From assembly GCF_004010195.1 (NCBI RefSeq), contig NW_025215021.1, forward strand, positions 1 through 59,000: a stretch of DNA of 59,000 nt, written 5' to 3'. Below, piece after piece: positions 48,788 to 59,000 of this stretch. Made by a program: the position numbers and the translations under genes. The DNA is from Chiloscyllium plagiosum (Eukaryota). The notes under the pieces were generated by a model. It was not told where the DNA came from, did no database searches, and saw nothing but the letters and a program-made list of their open reading frames with translations. The stretch's first letter is position 1, and every line of letters starts with the position of its first letter.

Positions 48788-51088
48788 ATAGAGTCATAGA
48801 GTCAAAGAGATATACCGTATGGAAACAGACCCTTCACTCCAACCCGTCTGTGCCGACCAGATACCCCAGCCCAATCTAGTCCCACCTGCCAGCACCCGGC
48901 CCATATCCCTCCAAACCCTTCCTATTCATATACCGATCCAAATGACTCTTAATTGTTGCAATTGTACCAGCCTCCACCACAAACTCTGGCAGCTCATTCC
49001 ATACACGTACCACCCTCTGCGTGAAAACGATGCCCCTTAGGTCTCTTTTATATCTTTCCCCTCTCAGCCCTTTCGTTCTGGACTCCCCGACCCCAGGGAA
49101 AAGACTTTGCCTATTTATCCTATCCATGCCCCTCATAATTTTGTAAACCTCTATAAGCTCACACCTCAGCCTCGACGCTCTAAGGAAAACAGCCCCAGCC
49201 TGTTCAGCCTCTCCCTGTAGCTCAGATCCTCCAACCCTTGCAACATCCTTGTAAATCTTTTCTGAACCCTTTCAAGTTTCACAACATCTTTCCGATAGGA
49301 AGGAGACCAGAATTGCACGCAATATTCCAACAGTGGCCGAACCAATGTCCTGTACAGCCGCAACATGACCTCCCAACTCCTGTACTCATCCAAATCATTT
49401 ATGTAAATGGCAAATAGTAGAGGGCCCAGCAGAGATCCTTATGGCACTCCACTGGTCACAGGCCTCCAGACTGAAAAACAACCCTCCACCACCAACCCTC
49501 TGTCTTCCATCTTTGAGCCAGTTCTGTATCCAAATGGCTAGTTCTCCCTGTATTCCATGAGATCGAATCTTGCTAATCAGTCTCCCATGGGGAACCTTGT
49601 TGAAAGCCTCAGTGAAGTCCATGTAGATCACATCTACTGCTCTGCCCTCATCAATCTTCTTTGTTACTTCTTCAAAAAAACTGAATCAAGTTTGTGAGAC
49701 ATGATTTTCCACGCACAAAGCCATGTTGACTATCCCAAATCAGTCCTTGCCTTTCCAAGCACATGTCCATTCTTTCCCTCAGGATTCCCTCCAGCAACTT
49801 GCCCATCACCGACATCAGGCTCACCGGTCTATAGTTCCCTGGCTTGTCTTTACCGCCCTTCTTATACAGTGGCAGCACATTTGCCAACCTCCAGTCTCCC
49901 GGCACCTCACCTGTGACTATCGATGATACAAATATCTCAGCAATGTCCCACCACTCACTTCTCGGGCTTCCCACAGAGTTCTCGGGTACACCTGATCTGA
50001 TCCTGGGCATTTATTCACTTTAAACCTTTCAACACGTCCAGCAATTCCTCTTCTATAATCTGGACATGTTGCAAGATGTCACCATCTAATCCCCTACAGT
50101 CTTTCTCTTCCATATCCTTTTCCACAGTAAATACTGATGCAAAATATTCATTTCATATCTCCCCCATTTTCTGTGGCTCCACACAAAGGCCACCTTGCTG
50201 ATCTTTGAGGGGCCGTATTCTCTCCCTAGTTATCATTTTGTCCTTAATATATTTGTAAAAACCCTTTGGATTATCCTTAATTCTATTTGCCAAAACTATC
50301 TCATATCCCCATTTTGCCCTCCTGATTTCCCTCTTAAGGATACTCCTACTTTCTTTATACTCTTCTAAGGATTCACTTGAACTTTCCTGTCTATACCTGA
50401 CATATGTTTCCTTCTTTTTTAGAACCAAACCCTCAATTTCTTTAGTCATCCAGCATTCCCTTTACCTACCAGCCTTACCTTTCACCTTGACAGGAATATA
50501 CTTTCTCTGGATTCTTGTTATCTCATTTTTGAAGGCTCCCATTTTCCAGCTGTACCTTTACCTGCGAACATCTGGCTCCAATCAGCTTTCGAAAGTTCTT
50601 GCCTAATACCGTCAAAATTGGCCTTTTTCCGATTTTGAACTTCAACTTTTAGATCTGGTCTATCCTTTTCTATCACTATTTTAAAACGAATAGAGGTATG
50701 GTCACTGGCCCCAAAGTGCTTCCCCACTGACACCTCAGTCACCTGCCCTGCCTTATTTCCAAAGAGTAGGTTAAGTTTTGCACCTTCTTTAGTAGGTATA
50801 TCCACACACTAAATCCAGAAAATTGTCTTGTACACACTTAAGAAATTCCTCTCCATGTAAACCTTTAACACTATGGCAGTCCCAGTCGATGTTTGGAAAG
50901 TTAAATCCCCGACAATAACTACCCTATTATTCTTAAAGCTAGCTGAGATCTCCTTACAAGCTTGTTTCTCATTTTCCCTCTGAGTCTTGGGGGGTCTATA
51001 CTACAACCCCAATCAGGTGATCATCCCTTTCTTATTTCTCAGTTCCACCCAAATAACTTCCCTCGACGTATTTCCGGGAATATCCTCC
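48788..51088 (-). mobile_element. CR1 LINE (subfamily A) ORF2 pseudogene with internal deletion near 49390
   Basis: ORFs 50518-50805 (GASDH), 50153-50449, 49672-50010 (GNYRPVSL, SQHGF), 49395-49631, 49166-49393 and 48876-49136; (ctatgact)n tail. Confidence 0.92.
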
Positions 51089-51464
51089 CAACAGCATATA
51101 AAACAGTAATTGCTGCTCCTGGAATTCAAGGAAATGACTTCCAGCATCTAAAATACTTCAAAAAAGAAGCAGTTCATACTGCCAGAAAGTTTTCCTGTCC
51201 TCCATCTTCGATTACCCAGACCTTTGATGCATTCGTGGAAATTTGCTCCCAAAAGCTAAGAGCAAAATATTGCACTGAAAAGATAGCGGTCTATGTCAGA
51301 GGAATTATAATCGTGCTTACCTGTGTTACAAACCCTTTCATATATTTTGTGGATGAACCTGTTCACATATTAAATTATATGTATGCAATATATATGTATA
51401 CATTTTTGTATAATATGTATGGTATTATATGTATGTATTATGATATTAAGAAAATCACTGATGT

Positions 51465-51935
51465 ATTGTCCCCATCCGTATGTAAGGATACTAGTGACTG
51501 CCAGACTACTCAGATCCTTTGGCATCATGGTAGCCCACAAACCTACCAACACACTCTCTCTCTCACTAGTATCCTCACATACAGTTGAGGGAAGACACCA
51601 CTTCGACTGGGACAATACATCTATCCTAGGACAAGCCAAACAAAGACATGCTCGAGAATTCCTAGAAGCATGACATTCAAACCAGAACTCTGTCAACAAC
51701 CAAGTCGAGTTAGACCCCATCTACCACCCCTGAAAAGAAACAGGAAGTGACTTCACCACAGGAAATGACACCATCAAAGGAACCGACATCACCAACCCAA
51801 TGAAACCCAAACATAAAAATAGAAAGCAGGAAGTTTCAGCATTACTTTGCATAAAGTCCACTGAAGATGTTACTGAGTAAGGTAATGAAACGTCTGGAAA
51901 TGAACCTCACAGCTCTGCGAGCAAACCTACATTCA
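51465..51935 (+). mobile_element. Poseidon-type PLE 3' end
   Basis: PYVRILVTARLLRSFGIMVAHKPTNTL...HHFDWDNTSILGQAKQRHAREFLEA. Confidence 0.85.
51857..51898 (+). ncRNA. Minimal type I hammerhead ribozyme (best-folding example in the window)
   Basis: Stem I ucca/ugga, CUGAAGA, bulged U, stem II guuacu/gguaau, GAAA, CGUC; predicted cleavage after 51894. Confidence 0.75.
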
Positions 51936-52457
51936 ATTCCTAGTCTATTGACAACCACCACATCTTATTAAAGATTAAGATTTCAAAAATTCAAAGTTTA
52001 ACATGTATTTTTCTTGTTCATGGCACACAAAACACAACTTCAACGATGCATGCATTCAGAATTAATGTGCACAAAGTCAGTGAATGTATCGCTAATACAT
52101 TTGGAACACATGACCGTCAATCTTAACTTGCTATTTTGCCAACAATCCAGAGGGCACTGGAGGTGAGGTTCAAGTTGAAATGAACAGGTGCAGACTCGTC
52201 ACAGGAAGGACTTCATTTCTATGGAGACATAGAGATGTCGAGCATTGGAAACAGACACTTCGGTCCAACCCGTCCATGCCGACAAGATATCCAAAACCAA
52301 TCTTGTGCCACCTGCCAGCACCCGGCCTATATCCTCCAAATCGTTCCTATTCATATACCCGGGCAAATATCTCTTAAATTTGGATGTCTATATCTTTCAT
52401 CATTTATTTATTCAGGTGATGTGAGCATTGGTGATAAGGAGAGTCTCCTTCAATTAG

Positions 52458-55420
52458 GCAAAAAAATGACTGCAGATGCTGGAAACCAGATTCTGGATTA
52501 GTGGTGCTGGAAAAGCACAACAGTTCAGGCAGCGTCTGAAGAGCAGTAGAGTTGACGTTTCGGGCAAAAGCCCTTCATGAGGAATACAGGCAGAGTGCCT
52601 GAAGGGTGGAGAGACAAAAGAGAGCAGGATGGGAGTGTGGATAATGTCACATAGAGTACAATAGGTGAGTGGGGGAGGGGATGAAGGTGATAGGTCAAGG
52701 AGGAGGATAGGTGGAAAAGAATATAGGCAGGTAGGACAAGTCATGGAGACAGTGCTAAGCTGGAAGTTTGGAACTGGGGTGAGGTGGGGGAAGGCAAAAT
52801 GATGAAACTGTTGAAATCCACATTGATGCCATGGGGTTGAAGTGTTCCGAGGTGGAATATGAGGTGTTCTTCCTCCAGGCATCAGGTGGTGAGTGAGCTG
52901 TGGTGAAGAAGCCCCAGGGCCTCCATGTCCTCGGCAGAATGGGTGGGGGAGTTGAAATGTTGGGCCACAGGGCGGTGTAGTTGATTGGTGCGGGTGTCCC
53001 AGAGATGTTCCTTAATGTGCTCTGCTAGGAGGCATCCAGTCTTCCCAGTGTAGAGGAGACAGCATCGGGAGCAACGGATACAATAATTGATATTGGTGGA
53101 TGTGCAGGTAAAACTTTGATGTATGTGGAAGGCTCCTTTAGGACCTTGGATGGAGGTGAGGGAGGAGGTGTGGGCGCAGGTTTTGCAAATCCTGCGGTGG
53201 CAAGGGAAGGTGCCAGGACGGGTGGGTGGATGGAACGGCCTTTGCGGAAGGCAGTAAGGGGTGGGGAGGGAAATATATCCCTGGTGGTGGGTCCGTGTGG
53301 AGGTGGCGGAAATGTCGGCGGATGATTTGGTTTATGCGAAGGTTGTCGGGTGGAAGGTGAGCACCTGGGGCATTCTGTCCTTGTTATGGTTGGAGGGGTG
53401 GGGTCTGAGGGCAGAGGTGCGGGATGCAGAAGAGATGCGTTGGAGGGCATCTTTGACCATGTGGGAAGAGAAATTGCGCTCTCTAAAGAGGGAGGCCATC
53501 TGGTGTGTTTTGTGGTGGAACTGGTCCTCCTGGGAGTAGATACGGTGGAGGCGGAGGAATTAGGAATATGGGATGGCATTTTTTCAGGAGGTAGGGTGGG
53601 AAGAGGTGTAATCCAGGCATCTGTGGGAGTCGGTGGTTTTGTACAAAATGTTGGTGTCAAGTCGGTCATCATTAATGGAGATGGAGAGGTCCAGGAAGGG
53701 AAGGGAGGTGTCACAGGTGGTCCAGGTAAATTTAAGGTCAGGGTGGAATGTGTTGGTGAAGTTGATGAATTGGTCAACTGCCTCGCGGGAGCACCAGGTG
53801 GCGCCAATGCAGTCATCAATGTAATGGAGGAAGAGGTGGGGAGTGGTGCCGGTGTAATTATGGAAGATGAACAGTTTTACGTAACCAACAAAGAGACAGG
53901 CATAGCTGGGGCCCATACGGGTGTCCATGGCTACCGCTTTGGTCTGGAGGAAGTGGGAGGATTCGAAGGAGAAATTATTAAGGATGAGGACCAGTTCGGC
54001 CAAACAAATGAGAGTGTCGGTGGAAGGATACTGTTGGGGACGTCGGTAGAGGAAGAAACGGAGGGCTTGGAGGCCCTGGTCATGGCGGATGGAGGTGTAG
54101 AGGGACTGGATTTCCATGGTGAAGATGAGACATTATGGGCTTGGGAAACGGAAGTCTTTTGGAGGAGGTGGAGGGCATGGGTGGTGTCTCAAACGTATGT
54201 GGGAAGTTTCTGGACTATGGGGAATAGGACAGTGTCGAAGTAGTTAGAGATGAGTTCAGTGGGGCAGGAGCATGCTGAGACAATGGGTCAGCCAGGGTGG
54301 TCAGGCTTGTGGATCTTGGGAAGGAGGTAGAACTGGGCAGTGTGGGACTGCCGGACTACGAGGTTGGAAGCTGTGGGTGGGAGATCTCCTGAGGTGATGA
54401 GTTACTGTATGATCTGTGAGATGGTTTGGTGATGGGGGGGTGGGGTCATGGTCGAGGGGGTGGTAGGAACTGGTGTCCTCGAGTTGGCGTCTGGCTTCAG
54501 CAGTGTAGAAGTCAGTGCGCCAGACTACCACTGCACCCCCTTTATCTGCTGGCTTGTTGGTGATGTCGTGATTGGAGCAGAGGGATTGTAGGACTGCGCG
54601 TTGTGAGGGTGAGAGATTGGAGTGGGAGTGGGGTGGGTGTCACGGTGGTACAGTGGTTAGCACTGCAGCCTCACAGCGCCAGAGACACGGGTTCAATTCC
54701 CGCCTCAGGCAACTCTCTGTGTGGAGTTTGCACATTTGCCCCGTGTCTGCGTGGGTTTCCTCCGGGTGCTCCGGTTTCCTCCCACAATCCAAAAATGTGC
54801 AGGTCAGGTGAATTGACCACGTTAAGTTGCCCGTAGCGTTAGGTGAAGGGGTAAATGTGGGGGAGTGGGTCTGGGTGGGTTCCGCTTCGGCGGGTCAGTG
54901 TGGACTTGTTTGGCCAAAGGGCCTGTTTCCAAACTGAAATCTAATCTAATCTAATCTAGACTGGTTCAGGCGGTTAATGTCCCGGTGGCAGTTGGAGATG
55001 AAGTCGAGGGCGGGTAATAGGCCAGCACAGGGTGTCCAGGTGGATGCAGTGTGTTGGAGGTGGGCAAAGGGGTCCTCGGAAGGTGGGTGGGAGTCCTGAT
55101 TGTGAAAGTAAGCTTGGATGCAGAGGCGGCGGAAGAAGTGTTAGACGTCACGGCGTGTATTAAATTCATTGATGCGTGGGCGCAGTGTGATGATGGTGAG
55201 TCTTCTGCTGAGGACTGATCGTTTGTCCTCCATGAGGGGGTGGTCTGGAGGGATATTGAAAACTCGGCAGGGCTGGGAGCTGGGATCTGGTGTGAGTGTC
55301 GAGCTGGGAGTGGGGGCGGAGCCTGTGTGTGGGGTGGTGGGGGGAATGGGAGTGGAGTCATGAGCAGGGATGGTGTTCCCCTCAGGGTTCTGGGGGCGGG
55401 GATGGTGACAGTGGGATCTG
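52458..55420 (-). mobile_element. Long PLE family 1 (Neptune-like): RT, Cys-rich linker and GIY-YIG pseudogene, terminal arm with decayed hammerhead
   Basis: ORF 53584-54117 SLYTSI...LNNFSF...AMDTRMGPSYACLFVGY...YIDDC...LPFLDL...YKTTD..LDYTSSHP. Near 53040-53110 the minus strand reads TCTSTNINYCIRCSRCCLLYTGKT. Confidence 0.9.
54637..54959 (+). mobile_element. V-SINE (HE1-like) inserted in the PLE
   Basis: A box ggtggtacagtggttag, B box ggttcaattcc, intact V-domain, (aatct)4 tail. Confidence 0.92.
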
Positions 55421-55579
55421 NNNNNNNNNNNNNNNNNNNNNNNNNNNNNNNNNNNNNNNNNNNNNNNNNNNNNNNNNNNNNNNNNNNNNNNNNNNNNNNN
55501 NNNNNNNNNNNTTGGATGTCAGTTGAGGGTGACCAGGGAAAGAGAGAATGTGAGTGGAAGCTTGTGTGGAACATCAACA

Positions 55580-57185
55580 CATAGAACAAAGAACATTACA
55601 GCACAATTCAGGCCGTTCGGCCCTCGATGTTGCACTGATAAATGAAACCAATCTGAACCCATCTCACCTGCACTATTCCATTCTCGTCCATGTGCCTATC
55701 CAATGACCATTTAAATTCCCTTAAAATTGGTTTCTGAGTAAAGAAACTACCTCTGCCATCTATGCTATATCTATCACTCCTCAATATAAGGCTATGTCAC
55801 CTCATGCTAGCCATCACCATCCGAGGAAAAACAGTCTCACTGCCCACCCTATCTCACCCTCTGATTATTTTATCAGTCTCAATTAAGTCACGTTTCAACC
55901 TTCTTCTCTCCAACAGCCTCAAATCCCTCAGCCTTTCCTCCTAAAACCTTCTCTCCAGACCAGGCAACGTTCTTGTAAATTTTGTCTGAACTCTTTCCAA
56001 AGCTTCCACACACTTCGCATAATGTGGTGACCAGAACTGTACACAATACTCCAAGTGCGGCCACACCAGAGTTTTGTATAGCTGCAGTACAACCTCATGG
56101 TTCTGAATGTCAGTTCCTCTATTACTAAAAGCTATCGCACCATATGCCTTTATAACAACCCTATTCATCTGGGTGGCAACATTCAGAGATCTATGTACAT
56201 GGACACCGAGATCTCGCTGCTCATTGACACTACCAAGAATCGTATCATTAGCCCAGTTCTCTTTATTCCTGTTACACCGTTCAACGTGAATCACCTCACA
56301 CTTTTCTGCATTAAAATCTATTCGCCACCTCTCAGACCAGCTCTGCAGCTTATCTATGTCCCTCTGTAAACTATTACATCCTTCGGCACTATCCACAGCA
56401 CTACCAACCTTAGTCTCATCCACAAATTTACTAAGCCATCCTTATATGCTCTCATCCAGGTCGTTCATAAAAATGACAAGAAAACAGTGGCATTAAAACA
56501 GATCCTTGAGGTGCACAAAGAGTAACTGAACCAGGATGAACATTTTCCATCAGCCACCACCCTGTCTTCTTTCAGCTTGCCACTTTCTGATCCAAATCAC
56601 CAAATTGCCTTCAATCTCTTGCCTCAGTATTTTGTGCAATAGCCTACCCTGTGGAACTTTATCGAATGTCTTTTTGAGATCCATACACACAAAATAAACT
56701 GCTTTACCCTCATCCACCTGCTTGGTCACCTTCTCAAAGAACTCAATAGGTTTTTTTTGAGGTATGGCCTACCCTTCACAAAACCATGTTAACTATCCGT
56801 AATCAATTTATTTCTTTCTAGATGATAATAAATCATATCTGATATAACCTTTTCCAAGTCTAACCACAACCAAAGTAAGTCTATCATTACCAACGTTGTC
56901 TCTACTTTCCTTCTCACACAACGGAATAACATTTGCTATCTTCCAGTCTTCTGGCACAATTCCTGTAGACAATGACAACATAAAGATCGAAGCCAAAGGC
57001 TCGATAATCTCCTCCCTGGGTCCCAGAGAATCCTCAGATCAATCCCATCGGGCAAGGGCACTTATCTATTTTCACTCTGTCCAGAATTGCTCACACCTCC
57101 TCCTTGTGAACCTCAGTGCCACCTCGTCTCGTAGGCTGTGTCTCAACATTCTCCTCGACCACATTGTCTTTTTATAGTGTGAATA
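55580..57185 (-). mobile_element. CR1 LINE (subfamily C) RT/3' pseudogene
   Basis: ORFs 55941-56423 (FNAEKCEVIH, HLEYCVQFWSP) and 56808-56996 (VPEDWKIANVIP). Confidence 0.9.
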
Positions 57186-57235
57186 TGTTCCATGTTGTAT
57201 GATGCCACAAGGTCATCCACATTTGTGGCTCCCAT

Positions 57236-57990
57236 CTTTGAAAAGCAGTGGAAATCATTGGTCGCTGATTGAATTTATTCTTTAATGTTTGAAAATATGC
57301 CAAATCATTGTCCTTTTTGTCACTGTGTTTCTTTTCCAAATGTTTAATAAGACGGGAAGGCTTCATGGCCTCGTTGGAAAAACTTTTTTCACAGAGCAAG
57401 CACAGTGGTAACTGCTTATTAGATGGAGATCGAATAAAGCCATATCGCAATTAGTCCATGCTATACTGCCTGCACTTTTTCTTATTCGATGATGCCATTT
57501 TTACACTGTCGCTCGAATACCCTGATGGAATCGTGGGTATTACCTTATCACAATAATTTTAAGATGCTCAGACAAGTGGCAAAATTTGATTGGCTAATTA
57601 GCTGTAATGCGCATTCATTCTGCCACCCGGTAGAACAATTCAAAAGCTGTGTTTCGCCTTCCTAGAAGCGACATGAGTTCGGTGATATTGATCTCGGCGG
57701 TAGAATCAGTGCCAACTGCGAACGAGTTCAAATGGTTTGCCATTCACAGAGAAGACCATCAATACTAGCGCAGCAACCAATCAGAGCGCACGCCTCCTTG
57801 GGTGAAGGGAAATAACAGACTCGTTATGCGACTATCCATCTGCACACAGCAATGTCCTTCAAGGACACAGCAGTCTTCCAAGTGATTGGTAAGCTCTCTA
57901 CAAAGTCATTCAGTGCCCCCTTGCCGCCCCCTTTGACTTCAACGCCCACTGAAGGAAGGCAAACACCCCTCAGGTGGCACTTCCACCCCC
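57236..57990 (-). mobile_element. hAT/Buster-group DNA transposon fragment: BED-finger N-terminus of transposase plus upstream region
   Basis: ATG at 57498: MASSNKKKCRQYSMD*LRYGFI...PLCLLCEKSFSNEAMKPSRLIKHLEKKH...YFQ. One in-frame stop; truncated by CR1. Confidence 0.8.
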
Positions 57991-58204
57991 ATTGATTAGA
58001 TTAGATTACTTACAGTGTGGAAACAGGCCCTTCGGCCCAACAAGTCCACACCGACCCGCCGAAGCGTAACCCACCCAGCCCCCTTTGACTTCAACGCCCA
58101 CTGAAGGAAGGCAAACACAGGTGGCACTTCCACCCCCATTGATTAGATTAGATTACTTACAATGTGGAAACAGGCCCTTCGGCCCAACAAGTCCACACCG
58201 ACCT
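57926..58204. repeat. About 130-bp imperfect tandem duplication including a V-SINE tail
   Basis: gccccctttgacttcaacgcccactgaaggaaggc...gattagattagattacttaca..ccacaccgacc occurs at about 57926 and about 58078. Confidence 0.85.
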
Positions 58205-58345
58205 GTAAATTTTTGCTATAAATTCTGTGCCTTACAATTGTGTCCTCCACTATCACCTGATGAAGGAGCGTCGCTGCGAAAGGTAGTGTGCTTCCAATTA
58301 AACCTGTTGGACTATAACCTGGTGTTGTGTGATTTTTAACTTTAT
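58205..58345 (+). mobile_element. PLE family-2 3' end with hammerhead-like core
   Basis: ctgatgaaggagcgtcgctgcgaaaggtag (58257-58286), then aaacctgttggactataacctggtgttgtgtgatttttaac. Confidence 0.75.
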
Positions 58346-58677
58346 ACACAGTTATTAATCTCACCTGCTGATTCTCTCCAGCCCAGAAGAAAGAAACATT
58401 CTGCCTTTTTTGGTTTTTAAGAGGAAGCCTTGCTGTAACTCTAGCAGGAGAGAACTCAAGCTTTTAGCTTTAGCAGCCAACAAAAACATTCAACCGACTG
58501 AAAGCAAAACTCAAAGCTATCCTGGGTGTGTGGGAGCCTTGTCCCCAAACACTCATGATTCTTTAAAAACAAATACCCAGAGGGAACTCAAAGCTGTTTA
58601 CCAACTGCCTGTTTGAAGGAGACATTTCATCACCACTGTGACAACACCTATCTGCAAGAGAAACATAGAGTCACAGA

Positions 58678-59000
58678 GAATTGCCCATAGTGTTAGGTAC
58701 ATCGGTCAGAGGGAAATCGGTCTGGGTGGGTTACTCTTCAGAGGGTCGGTATGGACTTGTTGGGCTGAAGGGCCTGTTTCCACACTGTAGGTAATCTAAT
58801 CTAATCACATGTACAGCATGGAACAGGTCCTTCGGTCCAACTTGTCCCTGCTGACCAGATCTCCCAACCCAATTTAGTCCCACCTGCCAGCATCCGGCCC
58901 ATATCCCTCTAAACCCATCTTATTCATACACCCATCCAAATGCCTCGTAAATGTTGCAGTTGTACCAGCCTCTCCCGCTTCCTCTGGCAGCTCATTCCAT
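58678..59000. mobile_element. V-SINE 3' half (+, 58678-58805) abutting a CR1 subfamily A tail (-, 58806-59000)
   Basis: gggcctgtttccacactgtaggtaatctaatctaatc; the remainder is homologous to 48800-49000. Confidence 0.8.

Noticed and set aside
50962..51588. 208-aa ORF as a host gene
   Set aside because: Runs from CR1 antisense through AT-rich low-complexity DNA into a PLE; no coherent domain.
53350..54243. 297-aa plus-strand ORF
   Set aside because: Antisense shadow of the PLE RT; Gly/Val-rich with no independent motifs.
54637..54712. tRNA genes at SINE heads (also 16980, 19890, 35134, 37160)
   Set aside because: A/B boxes are present, but they continue into SINE bodies and do not form complete cloverleafs.
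57236..57498. Domesticated ZBED5/SCAND3 gene
   Set aside because: In-frame stop and truncation by CR1; no catalytic domain present.

Overview
Eukaryotic, repeat-saturated DNA with six N-gaps and no host protein-coding gene I can support. tRNA-derived V-SINEs (HE1-like) share 3' tails with abundant CR1 LINEs, which points to an elasmobranch (shark) genome; this is an inference from repeat content. The window is a nested stack of decayed retroelements: at least three CR1 subfamilies, an older CR1/L2-group LINE, Rex1/Babar 3' ends, a near-full-length Tx1-type LINE, Gmr1-like Gypsy remnants (SCAN-like gag, PR-IN order, RNase H directly before the LTR), and a hAT/Buster transposase fragment. It also holds about 20 pieces of Penelope-like elements (PLEs) from at least 3 families. 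The most notable signal is a set of short fold-back PLE insertions (about 125-300 bp, one about 1 kb across a gap). They carry minimal hammerhead-ribozyme cores (CUGANGA-stem II-GAAA-short palindrome), are flanked by 11-15 bp target-site duplications, mostly sit just after a GG, and often invert at or next to the ribozyme core. Nine of the ten orientable family-1 insertions point the same way. All family names come from motif recognition, not database searches.
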